NCBI GenBank assembly: GCA_036493955.1 | Contig: DASXOW010000042.1 | Coordinates: 2,996-66,995 of the forward strand | DNA from: Gaiellaceae bacterium | GTDB taxonomy: Bacteria > Actinomycetota > Thermoleophilia > Gaiellales > Gaiellaceae | Direction: 5' to 3' | DNA length: 64,000 nucleotides | Part shown: positions 37,299 to 43,976 of the stretch, piece by piece | Layout of the letters: each line of letters begins with the position of its first letter | Numbering within the stretch: position 1 is the stretch's first letter | Made by a program: the position numbers and the translations under genes | The notes under the pieces: generated by a model | Seen by the model: the letters and a program-made list of their open reading frames with translations, nothing else | The model's database searches: none | What the model was told of the DNA's origin: nothing

Positions 37299-37574
37299 TT
37301 GGGCACGCGGATGCAGCTGAAGGCCGGCTCCTTCGCGTTCGGACCGAAGGGGGTCCCGCACACCTTCTACGCGGAAGCGGGCACCGCGAAAGCGCTCGTC
37401 GGTTTCGCACCGATGCAGTTCGAGGGATTCCAACGGGACGTCGGACAGCCGGCACTCGAGCGCATCCTGCCGCCGCCCGCTGACGGTCCCCCGGACGTCG
37501 CGCGGCTCACCGAGATCGGAGCGCGCAACGGGCTAATCGTTCTTGGCCCCCCAGGTCCGCCACCCGGCTACTAG
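37299..37574 (+). pseudogene. 5'-truncated cupin-domain gene remnant
   Basis: Encodes only the C-terminal half of a cupin (LKAGSFAFGPKGVPHTFYAE...GLIVLGPP). An in-frame stop lies at 37290-37292 and the MarR start sits 12 nt upstream, leaving no room for the N-terminal half. Confidence 0.5.
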
Positions 37575-37604
37575 CCACCGCAATCCAAAATCATCACCGG
37601 TCGG

Positions 37605-37634
37605 CTGCGCCAGTGTTCCGGAATGACGCCAGAG
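37605..37634 (+). repeat. array repeat A
   Basis: CTGCGCCAGTGTTCCGGAATGACGCCAGAG, read directly. Confidence 0.9.
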
Positions 37635-37643
37635 CGAGCAGAG

Positions 37644-37844
37644 CTAACCGGCGGCTTGGTCGTCCTCGGACTCAATGGTCTCGATCACATCTGCGGCCCG
37701 AAGGCGGAGCAGGTCGGCAGCTACCTGCTCGGACGCCACGATTTCATCCCCGGCCCGAGCCGATGTCGGGGATTCATCAACGGATGAAGTGAACGTGCCG
37801 ACCATCCGCCCCGGCCGATTCCTGAGCCTAAAGCGGCGCGGCAT
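37644..37844 (-). CDS. cassette 1 ORF, hypothetical acidic protein (66 aa)
   Basis: MPRRFRLRNRPGRMVGTF...ETIESEDDQAAG is the most protein-like reading of this interval. Both strand and start are uncertain. Confidence 0.35.
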   Translation of the reverse strand: MPRRFRLRNRPGRMVGTFTSSVDESPTSARAGDEIVASEQVAADLLRLRAADVIETIESEDDQAAG

Positions 37845-37871
37845 GACCGCCACATCGTAGGCCACCTTCGA

Positions 37872-37901
37872 CTGCGCCAGTGTTCCGGAATGACGCCAGA
37901 G
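37872..37901 (+). repeat. array repeat B
   Basis: Identical 30-mer to repeat A. Confidence 0.9.
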
Positions 37902-37919
37902 CGGCGCTAGGCTGAGATC

Positions 37920-38162
37920 GTGGCGACCGGGATCGGTATTGCGGCTGCCGGTGTGGTCATGACGTTGGCGGCCCTCGCGCTCCTTACGAACTATCGCCGG
38001 TTCAGTGACAAGGCGGCGATGCTCGGCGGCTCGCTGACGTTCATGGTCGGCGGCGGCGGCGCCCTTCGCCGACCACGACGAGCCTCCGCAACCTGGGGAC
38101 TCCTGCTGCTCGTACTCGGGGTCGTGTGGGTCGTCGGCGGTCTCGTGTTCGCGTTGCGATAG
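37920..38162 (+). CDS. cassette 2 ORF, small membrane protein (80 aa)
   Basis: GTG start. Hydrophobic segments GIGIAAAGVVMTLAALALL and WGLLLLVLGVVWVVGGLVFAL. Confidence 0.5.
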   Translation: MATGIGIAAAGVVMTLAALALLTNYRRFSDKAAMLGGSLTFMVGGGGALRRPRRASATWGLLLLVLGVVWVVGGLVFALR

Positions 38163-38174
38163 ACCGTTTCTTGC

Positions 38175-38201
38175 CTGCGCCGTTCCGGAATGACGCCAGA
38201 G
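38175..38201 (+). repeat. array repeat C (3-nt shorter variant)
   Basis: CTGCGCCGTTCCGGAATGACGCCAGAG, which lacks the AGT of the consensus. Confidence 0.9.
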
Positions 38202-38226
38202 GTGGAGGTTGCTTGCCCGGGATCGT

Positions 38227-38376
38227 CTACGTGTGACGCAGGAACGTGAAGTAGAAGGCCGCGAACACGAGGACGATGCCAACGTTGACCGCTAGCCGCG
38301 CCCAGACATGGCCACGGAAGAAAAGGACGTCCACGGCGACGACGATGGCCACCATCGCCACTACGTACAGCGCCAT
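38227..38376 (-). CDS. cassette 3 ORF, 49-aa two-TM hydrophobic peptide (below the ORF-track size cutoff)
   Basis: Hand translation gives MALYVVAMVAIVVAVDVLFFRGHVWARLAVNVGIVLVFAAFYFTFLRHT. GGGAAGG lies about 9 nt upstream of the ATG on the minus strand. Confidence 0.4.
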   Translation of the reverse strand: MALYVVAMVAIVVAVDVLFFRGHVWARLAVNVGIVLVFAAFYFTFLRHT

Positions 38377-38431
38377 GGTTGCCGACCTTCCCACGAAGCC
38401 ACCGTAGCGGTCGGAGACACCCGGGACTCGG

Positions 38432-38461
38432 CTGCGCCAGCGTTCCGGAATGACGCCAGAG
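38432..38461 (+). repeat. array repeat D
   Basis: CTGCGCCAGCGTTCCGGAATGACGCCAGAG (one substitution). Confidence 0.9.
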
Positions 38462-38481
38462 CGATAACCTCGGCGGGACGG

Positions 38482-38877
38482 ATGCGCGGCTACAACGGAG
38501 ACCTTTCGGCGACAACGGAAGGCGTGTCAATCGAGCGAGGGCTGAAAGGAGCGCTCGTTCGGAAGCGGTCACCCCGGAGGGAGTCGATCCCTCGGAGAGA
38601 CATGCGAGAGGTTCTGTTTCAGCCAAGCACTGGTCGCTGGGGTTTGCCTGGTTACGTGCTGGTTGTCGATCAGCGTGACGTGCCTGCGGACTTCGTAGCG
38701 CGTGTACGCGACAGCCGTGCGGTTACATTCCTCGGGCGCTCAGAAGAGTGGCGTCGATTCGCCGAGGAATTGGCGGAGAACTACGACGTGCCGTTTCGAG
38801 AATTTCCGGCTGAGACTCGGTCGGGACGCGAGATCGCGAAAGAGCGGTCGCGGGGCAGCAGCGACCGTCGTAGCTAG
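38482..38877 (+). CDS. cassette 4 ORF, hypothetical protein (131 aa)
   Basis: ATG 38482 inside the 38308 track ORF, which reads through repeat D. I cannot assign a family with confidence. Confidence 0.5.
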   Translation: MRGYNGDLSATTEGVSIERGLKGALVRKRSPRRESIPRRDMREVLFQPSTGRWGLPGYVLVVDQRDVPADFVARVRDSRAVTFLGRSEEWRRFAEELAENYDVPFREFPAETRSGREIAKERSRGSSDRRS

Positions 38878-38885
38878 CCGCTCGA

Positions 38886-38916
38886 CTGCGCCAGTGTTCA
38901 GGAATGACGCCTGAAC
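38886..38916 (+). repeat. array repeat E (perfect-stem variant)
   Basis: CTGCGCCAGTGTTCAGGAATGACGCCTGAAC. GTTCAGG and CCTGAAC are perfectly complementary. Confidence 0.9.
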
Positions 38917-38945
38917 AGGTTTCCGCCTCGCTCTAAGATCGTTAC

Positions 38946-39434
38946 GTGGACTGGCGCCAGGTTGAGTTGCGGCGCGGGGCAGTCGAAGTCCGTGCCTCCA
39001 GCGAGACCGACGGCGACGCGATAGGAACATCCCCTCTCGATCCAGTGATAGGGAAATTCTTCGGCCGGGCGTTGAGCGGTCCGCCATTTGGCACCGAAGA
39101 CCCAGATGCGCCAGCGTTCACCGTGCTTTTCGACGATCGGCCCGTGGGTCGGATCTGGTTCCGACCCGGTGCTCGTCCATACGAAGTGGGCTACTACGTA
39201 CGCACCGAACAGTGGGGTCGAGGCATCGCCTCCACTGCACTTTCGCTCGTCTCCGAATGGTTTCTCGGACGCGTGGACGATGAAATCGTCCTGTTCACCC
39301 ACCCGGAAAACATCGGATCTCAGAAAGTCGCCGAACGAGCAGCGTTCGTGGCTGCAGGCTCAGTCGCGCGCTATGCAGAGTTCAAGGACGGCACCACGGC
39401 GGCTCTACGGTTCGTCCGACGCGTGCAGAGCTAG
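38946..39434 (+). CDS. cassette 5 ORF, GNAT family N-acetyltransferase
   Basis: 162 aa with acetyl-CoA motif-A-like QWGRGIASTAL and a RimJ/RimL-like C-terminus (HPENIGSQKVAERAAF). Confidence 0.8.
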   Translation: MDWRQVELRRGAVEVRASSETDGDAIGTSPLDPVIGKFFGRALSGPPFGTEDPDAPAFTVLFDDRPVGRIWFRPGARPYEVGYYVRTEQWGRGIASTALSLVSEWFLGRVDDEIVLFTHPENIGSQKVAERAAFVAAGSVARYAEFKDGTTAALRFVRRVQS

Positions 39435-39446
39435 TCGTGAGAGTCG

Positions 39447-39477
39447 CTTGCGGCAGCGTTCCCGGATGAGGCCAGAG
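39447..39477 (+). repeat. array repeat F (degenerate)
   Basis: CTTGCGGCAGCGTTCCCGGATGAGGCCAGAG, about 24 of 31 positions matching the consensus. Confidence 0.7.
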
Positions 39478-39508
39478 AGCGAGCCGCAGGCGTTGAAATA
39501 CTTGTGCG

Positions 39509-40012
39509 GTGACGAGCGGACCCCGGGTGGATGACTGCCCGTTCTGCTCAGTCGTAGCGGGTAGCGAGACCGACTACAACGCACAGACAGATGTCATCCA
39601 TCGCGACCAGCTAACGACTGCCTTCGTTTGCCCGAAATGGTGGCTGGCCGCCCCTGCGCACGTCCTCGTAGTACCCAACAGCCATTACGAAAACGTGTAT
39701 GCGATTCCCGACGACGAGCTTGCGGCGGTCTACGCGACAGCGAAGAAGATCGCGACTGCGATGCGTTCTGCCTATTACTGCGAAGGGACTTCGATGCGTC
39801 AGCACAATGAGCCGGGCGGAGGTCAAGATGTATGGCATTTCCACGTGCACGTCTTCCCTCGACGTCGTGATGACCGGCTCTACGAGAGGAACGCCGAGAC
39901 GCGCATGACAGCTGCCTCCGAGCGCGCACCGTACGCAGAGCGTCTCCGCTTCGCGTTGCAGAATCGGAAGAAGGTCTCGCCCTCTGCGCCAGTGTTCCGG
40001 AATGACGCCTGA
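39509..40012 (+). CDS. cassette 6 ORF, HIT family protein
   Basis: CPFC near the N-terminus and histidine triad HFHVHVF. The last ~9 codons and the TGA stop lie inside repeat G. An alternative GTG start lies at 39527. Confidence 0.8.
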   Translation: MTSGPRVDDCPFCSVVAGSETDYNAQTDVIHRDQLTTAFVCPKWWLAAPAHVLVVPNSHYENVYAIPDDELAAVYATAKKIATAMRSAYYCEGTSMRQHNEPGGGQDVWHFHVHVFPRRRDDRLYERNAETRMTAASERAPYAERLRFALQNRKKVSPSAPVFRNDA

Positions 40013-40014
40013 AT
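39984..40014 (+). repeat. array repeat G
   Basis: CTGCGCCAGTGTTCCGGAATGACGCCTGAAT. Confidence 0.9.
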
Positions 40015-40109
40015 GGTTCCGCTGCAGAGGATCAGGCAAGCGATGATTTGCGTGTCCCAATCGAGTCTCAGAGGCGAGCACTCATCCGTCGCGAGCGAAG
40101 GAGCATCCG

Positions 40110-40637
40110 ATGACGAGTAACGCAGGCTCACGTGACCGCATCCTCGGCAGCCTGAGATCGAAGGACGGCGAAGGTATCGCCCGCATGGAGGAACGGTTCG
40201 ACGCGAGCATCGACGACCTATGGTCGGCCCTTACGCAACCTCGCCGACTTGCTGCCTGGTATGGCGAAGTGAAGGGTGACCTTCATGTTGGAGGCGAGTT
40301 TCACGTGCGCCATGCCGGAGGGAAACGCGCAGGACGCGTCGATGCCTGCGAGCCGCTGCAGCACCTACGAGTCACGTTGCGCGACCCCGAGGCGAAGCCG
40401 GGCCAGCCGGAGCAGGTCGTCACGGAGGCTTGGCTAAGCGCGGACGACGGGCAAACCGTCTTGGTGGTCGAAACCAGCGGCCTGCCGCTGCCCCTCCTTG
40501 CGGCCTACGGGGTGGGAGTGCAGATCCACGTCGAAAATCTCGCAGATCACATCTCCGGTCGCGAGGCTGGCAAGGAAGAAGAACGCTGGGAGAAGCTCTT
40601 CCCGACCTACGAAGCCTTGGCGGCCGAGGTCAGCTAG
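40110..40637 (+). CDS. cassette 7 ORF, SRPBCC superfamily (AHSA1/START-like) protein
   Basis: 175 aa with IDDLWSALTQPRRLAAWYG typical of AHSA1-type SRPBCC proteins. GAAGGAG SD 6 nt upstream. Confidence 0.75.
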   Translation: MTSNAGSRDRILGSLRSKDGEGIARMEERFDASIDDLWSALTQPRRLAAWYGEVKGDLHVGGEFHVRHAGGKRAGRVDACEPLQHLRVTLRDPEAKPGQPEQVVTEAWLSADDGQTVLVVETSGLPLPLLAAYGVGVQIHVENLADHISGREAGKEEERWEKLFPTYEALAAEVS

Positions 40638-40644
40638 GCATCGA

Positions 40645-40658
40645 CTGCGCCAGCGTCC
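40645..40658 (+). repeat. array repeat H (truncated; 5' half only)
   Basis: CTGCGCCAGCGTCC, preceded by the TCGA seen before repeats B and E. The hairpin half is missing. Confidence 0.6.
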
Positions 40659-40687
40659 TCTCGCCCGACGCACAGCGTCGTCGAAGC

Positions 40688-41281
40688 TCAGCCGCCCGTC
40701 TTCGAGAAGTGCTGCCAGTCGGGCGAGCCGGCCCAGCGTCCACCCCAGAGCCAACCGACCGACGCGAAGGCACGCACGAGCACGCCGCCCGCGACGGCCA
40801 TCCCGCGGCGGTAGCGCGTGCGCTCGAGGAACGCTCGCCCTGCGGGCGGCAGCACTCGACCGCCTTCCAGGTACGGGTTCTCGACGGTGTTCACGTCGAT
40901 CGCCTCGCCGTAGGCGTGCACCGACCAGCGCCTCGGGCCGGGCGCGACGGCATAGCGGCAGTTGAACGCGGAGGTGTTGTCGGCCGCCATCGACCGATCG
41001 TCGCTCCCTGCGTAGCGCGCGGTCGGCTGCATGCGGTTGATCGGGAAACGCGCGACGTACAGTCGCCGGAAGACGAGCTCGACCTCCCGCGTCACGCGAC
41101 GGTTGACGACAAGCGTGCCCGTGTGCGCGCGACCGTCGAACCCGACGTAGCTGACCGACACGTTCCGCAGATCGGCGGGGCCGACCGGACAGCCCGCGTG
41201 CCACGACCGCCCGAGCTGTACGGCGGTGACAGTTGTGACGTGCGCGTGGAAGGGCGGCAGCGCGGGCATCCTTACCGGCAT
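40688..41281 (-). CDS. M15-family (VanY/D-Ala-D-Ala carboxypeptidase-like) metallopeptidase, apparently lacking a signal peptide
   Basis: SMAADNTSAFNCR and SVHAYGEAIDVN (zinc-ligand H..D context). The start is uncertain (M at 41281 or 41269; the track ORF runs to 41467). Confidence 0.65.
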   Translation of the reverse strand: MPVRMPALPPFHAHVTTVTAVQLGRSWHAGCPVGPADLRNVSVSYVGFDGRAHTGTLVVNRRVTREVELVFRRLYVARFPINRMQPTARYAGSDDRSMAADNTSAFNCRYAVAPGPRRWSVHAYGEAIDVNTVENPYLEGGRVLPPAGRAFLERTRYRRGMAVAGGVLVRAFASVGWLWGGRWAGSPDWQHFSKTGG

Positions 41282-41834
41282 GATCGCGCACTGCCCGCAG
41301 GTGATCCACGTCGCGGCCGCCTCGCAGACGGCGACATACGCCGTCGTCACCCTCACCTTCTGCGGCAAACGGGTCGGCGGACCGTGGCGCGCCCGTGTCG
41401 GCCGAAGCGGCCTCTCCGCCCACCACCGCGAGGGCGACGGGACGACGCCGCTCGGTCCGTACCGCATCGGGCCGGTTGTCTACGGGCTCGACCCCGACCC
41501 AGGCGTGCGCTTCCGCTACCACCGCCTGACGTGCGGCGACTGGTGGGACGAGGATCCGAGCTCACCGACGTACAACGAGTTCCGTCACGTCGCGTGCGGG
41601 AGGAGCCCGCCGTTCGGCGGCGCGAGTGAGGCACTCTGGCGCGCCGGCCTCGCCTACCGCTACTTCGCCGTGCTCGAGTTCAACACCGCGAGGATCCCGG
41701 GCCGCGGCTCGGCGATGTTCCTCCACGTCGGCACAGGGCACGCGACGAACGGCTGCGTCTCGCTGCCCCGCCAGCAGCTCCTCCGCACCCTGCGGTGGCT
41801 GCGACCGGGCGCGAGCATCCAAATCACTGCATAA
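41280..41834 (+). CDS. L,D-transpeptidase (YkuD) family protein, apparently lacking a signal peptide
   Basis: Catalytic motif FLHVGTGHATNGCVSL. The start is uncertain (ATG 41280 or 41226). Confidence 0.65.
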   Translation: MIAHCPQVIHVAAASQTATYAVVTLTFCGKRVGGPWRARVGRSGLSAHHREGDGTTPLGPYRIGPVVYGLDPDPGVRFRYHRLTCGDWWDEDPSSPTYNEFRHVACGRSPPFGGASEALWRAGLAYRYFAVLEFNTARIPGRGSAMFLHVGTGHATNGCVSLPRQQLLRTLRWLRPGASIQITA

Positions 41835-41862
41835 TTCTCAGCTGTCTGTATAGTACGCCAAC

Positions 41863-42816
41863 ATGGTCAGTACCGCGATCCTCGGCTGCGCCGGCTACAC
41901 CGGTCAGGAGACGCTCGACCGCGTTCTCGCTCACCCCGGTCTCGAGCCGGTCGCGCTCGGCTCGGACTCGCTCGCGGGGAAGCCCGCAGCCGCGCTCGAC
42001 CCACGGCTCGACGGCGAATTGCCTGCATTCACCACGAATACTGAGGCGGCCGAAGCCGGGGCAGACCTCCTCTTCCTCTGCCTCGACGGCGACGGGGCCG
42101 CTGCCTTCGAGCCGCCGCCCGGCGCGGTCGTCGTCGACCTGTCCGGCGCGCACCGGCTCGGCGACCCCGACCTCGCGCGCGCCTGGTACGGCACCGCGCC
42201 GGGCGCGTGGAGCTACGGGCTGCCCGAGCTCTATCCGCCGTCCGGGAACCTGATCGCGAACCCCGGCTGCTACGCGACGGCCGCGCTCCTCGCGCTCGGC
42301 CCGCTGGCGGGCGAGATCGCCAACGTCGTCGTCGACGCGAAGTCGGGCGTCTCGGGCGCCGGCAGGTCGCTGAAGCAGTCGTCGCACGCGGGCTTCGTGC
42401 TCGAGAACTTCTCGCCGTACGCCGTCGGCGCGCACCGTCACGCCCCGGAGATCGCCCAGCAGCTCGGCGCGCCGGTCTGCTTCGTCCCGCACCTCCTCCC
42501 CGTCCGCCGCGGCCTCCTGGCGACGTGTTACGTGCAGACCACTGCCGACGTTCGCGCGCTGCTCGAGGAGGCCTACGCCTCGTCGCCGGTCGTGCGTGTG
42601 CTGCCGGAGGGAACGACACCGGAGCTCGCGCGCGTGCAGTCGACGGACGGCGCAGAGATCGGCGTCTTCACCGACAGCGCGACGGGCACCGCGATCGTCA
42701 TCTGCGCGTTGGACAACCTCGGCAAGGGCGCAGCCGGCCAGGCTGTCCAGAACGCGAACGTCGCACTCGGTCTCTACGAGACCGCGGGGCTGCGGCTGCA
42801 CGGGGTGCCCGTATGA
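41863..42816 (+). CDS. argC: N-acetyl-gamma-glutamyl-phosphate reductase
   Basis: 317 aa with GCAGYTG NAD motif and active-site NPGCYAT. Confidence 0.92.
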   Translation: MVSTAILGCAGYTGQETLDRVLAHPGLEPVALGSDSLAGKPAAALDPRLDGELPAFTTNTEAAEAGADLLFLCLDGDGAAAFEPPPGAVVVDLSGAHRLGDPDLARAWYGTAPGAWSYGLPELYPPSGNLIANPGCYATAALLALGPLAGEIANVVVDAKSGVSGAGRSLKQSSHAGFVLENFSPYAVGAHRHAPEIAQQLGAPVCFVPHLLPVRRGLLATCYVQTTADVRALLEEAYASSPVVRVLPEGTTPELARVQSTDGAEIGVFTDSATGTAIVICALDNLGKGAAGQAVQNANVALGLYETAGLRLHGVPV

Positions 42817-43976
42817 GTGTCACCGCCGCGAAAGGCTTCGTCGCAGCCGGCGTGCACGCGGGAATCCGGCGTGACCGGAATGACGTCGCACTGTTGCACG
42901 CGTCGTCGCCCGCGACCGGCGGGGCGATGTGGACGCAGAACCGCGTGCAGGCGGCGCCGGTCGTCGTTTCGAAGGCCAACCTGGAGGTCGCACAGCCTCA
43001 GGCCGTCGTCATCAACTCGGGCGTCGCGAACGCCGCGACAGGCGCGCAGGGGATCGCCGACGCGATCGCGACCGCGGAGCACGCGGCGCAGGCGCTCGGG
43101 CTTGCCGCGAACGAGGTGCTCGTCCTCTCCACCGGCGTCATCGGCGCACCGCTTCCGCTCGACCGCGTGTGTGCCGGCATCGACGCGGCAGCTGCGCAGC
43201 TCTCGGTCGACGGAGGCGCCGACGCGGCCGACGCGATCCTCACCACCGACACCCACGCGAAGGAAGCGGTGTTCAACGGCTCCGGCTTCACCGTCGGCGG
43301 CATGGCGAAAGGCTCGGGGATGATCCATCCCAACCTCGCGACCATGCTCGCGGTCGTCACGACCGACTACCCGCTCGAGCCCGGCGAGGCGATCGACTTC
43401 CTGCGCCCCGCTGTCGACGCCTCGTTCAACTCGATCTCGGTCGACGGCGAGTGCTCGACCAACGATGCGGTCGTACTGCTCGCCTCGGGTGAAGCGGCGA
43501 TCGAGCGCACGCCCGCGACGGACGCAGAGCTCGCGCTCGCGATTCGCACCGTGTGCGCCGACCTCGCGCACCAGATCGTGGCGGACGGCGAAGGCGCAAC
43601 GCTGCTCGCGGAGATCGCGGTCAGCGGCGCGGCGAGCGCGCCCGAGGCACGTGCGATCGCGCAGCGGATCGCGACGTCGTCGCTCGTGAAGACGGCGCTC
43701 TTCGGCCGCGACGCCAACTGGGGACGCGTGCTCGCCGCCGCCGGCTCGGCCCCGTTCAACGGCGGCTACGCGCAGCTCGATCCAGCACTGATCTCCCTCT
43801 CGTACAACGGCACGCCGGTGCTCGTCGGTGGCGCGCCGCAGCACACCGAACCGCCCGTCGACGGCGGCGTCTGCACGATCGAGCTCGACCTCGGTCTCGG
43901 CGACGGCAGCGCCGGCTACCTGACGAGCGACCTGTCGTACGACTACGTGCGCATCAACGCGGAGTACCGGTCATGA
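42813..43976 (+). CDS. argJ: bifunctional ornithine acetyltransferase / N-acetylglutamate synthase
   Basis: 387 aa from MSVTAAKGF, with autoprocessing-site context GMIHPNLATMLAVVTTD. ATGA overlap with argC. Confidence 0.92.
   Translation: MSVTAAKGFVAAGVHAGIRRDRNDVALLHASSPATGGAMWTQNRVQAAPVVVSKANLEVAQPQAVVINSGVANAATGAQGIADAIATAEHAAQALGLAANEVLVLSTGVIGAPLPLDRVCAGIDAAAAQLSVDGGADAADAILTTDTHAKEAVFNGSGFTVGGMAKGSGMIHPNLATMLAVVTTDYPLEPGEAIDFLRPAVDASFNSISVDGECSTNDAVVLLASGEAAIERTPATDAELALAIRTVCADLAHQIVADGEGATLLAEIAVSGAASAPEARAIAQRIATSSLVKTALFGRDANWGRVLAAAGSAPFNGGYAQLDPALISLSYNGTPVLVGGAPQHTEPPVDGGVCTIELDLGLGDGSAGYLTSDLSYDYVRINAEYRS

Larger units (their letters stand above)
37605..40658 (+). mobile_element. 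repeat-delimited array of seven single-ORF cassettes (integron/CALIN-like architecture, non-canonical repeat)
   Basis: Eight direct copies of the ~30-bp element start at 37605, 37872, 38175, 38432, 38886, 39447, 39984 and 40645. Each interval holds exactly one small ORF. The region looks lower in GC than the flanks. Confidence 0.55.

Noticed and set aside
38169-38476. 6-bp direct repeats flanking copies C (CTTGCC...CTTGCC) and D (CTCGGC...CTCGGC), suggesting target-site duplications of a ~36-nt MITE.
   Set aside because: This is not reproduced cleanly at copies B, E, G and H. Short GC-rich hexamer matches are easy to find by eye.
37605-40658. The repeat array as a CRISPR locus.
   Set aside because: The intervals are 230-630 bp and each contains an ORF with a ribosome-binding site. 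CRISPR spacers are about 30-40 bp. No cas genes are present.
37605-40658. Calling the array a canonical integron with attC sites.
   Set aside because: No intI, attI or Pc is recognisable. The repeat is about 30 bp, against at least 57 bp for attC, and lacks the RYYYAAC...GTTRRRY boundary motifs. It is kept only as integron-like in architecture.
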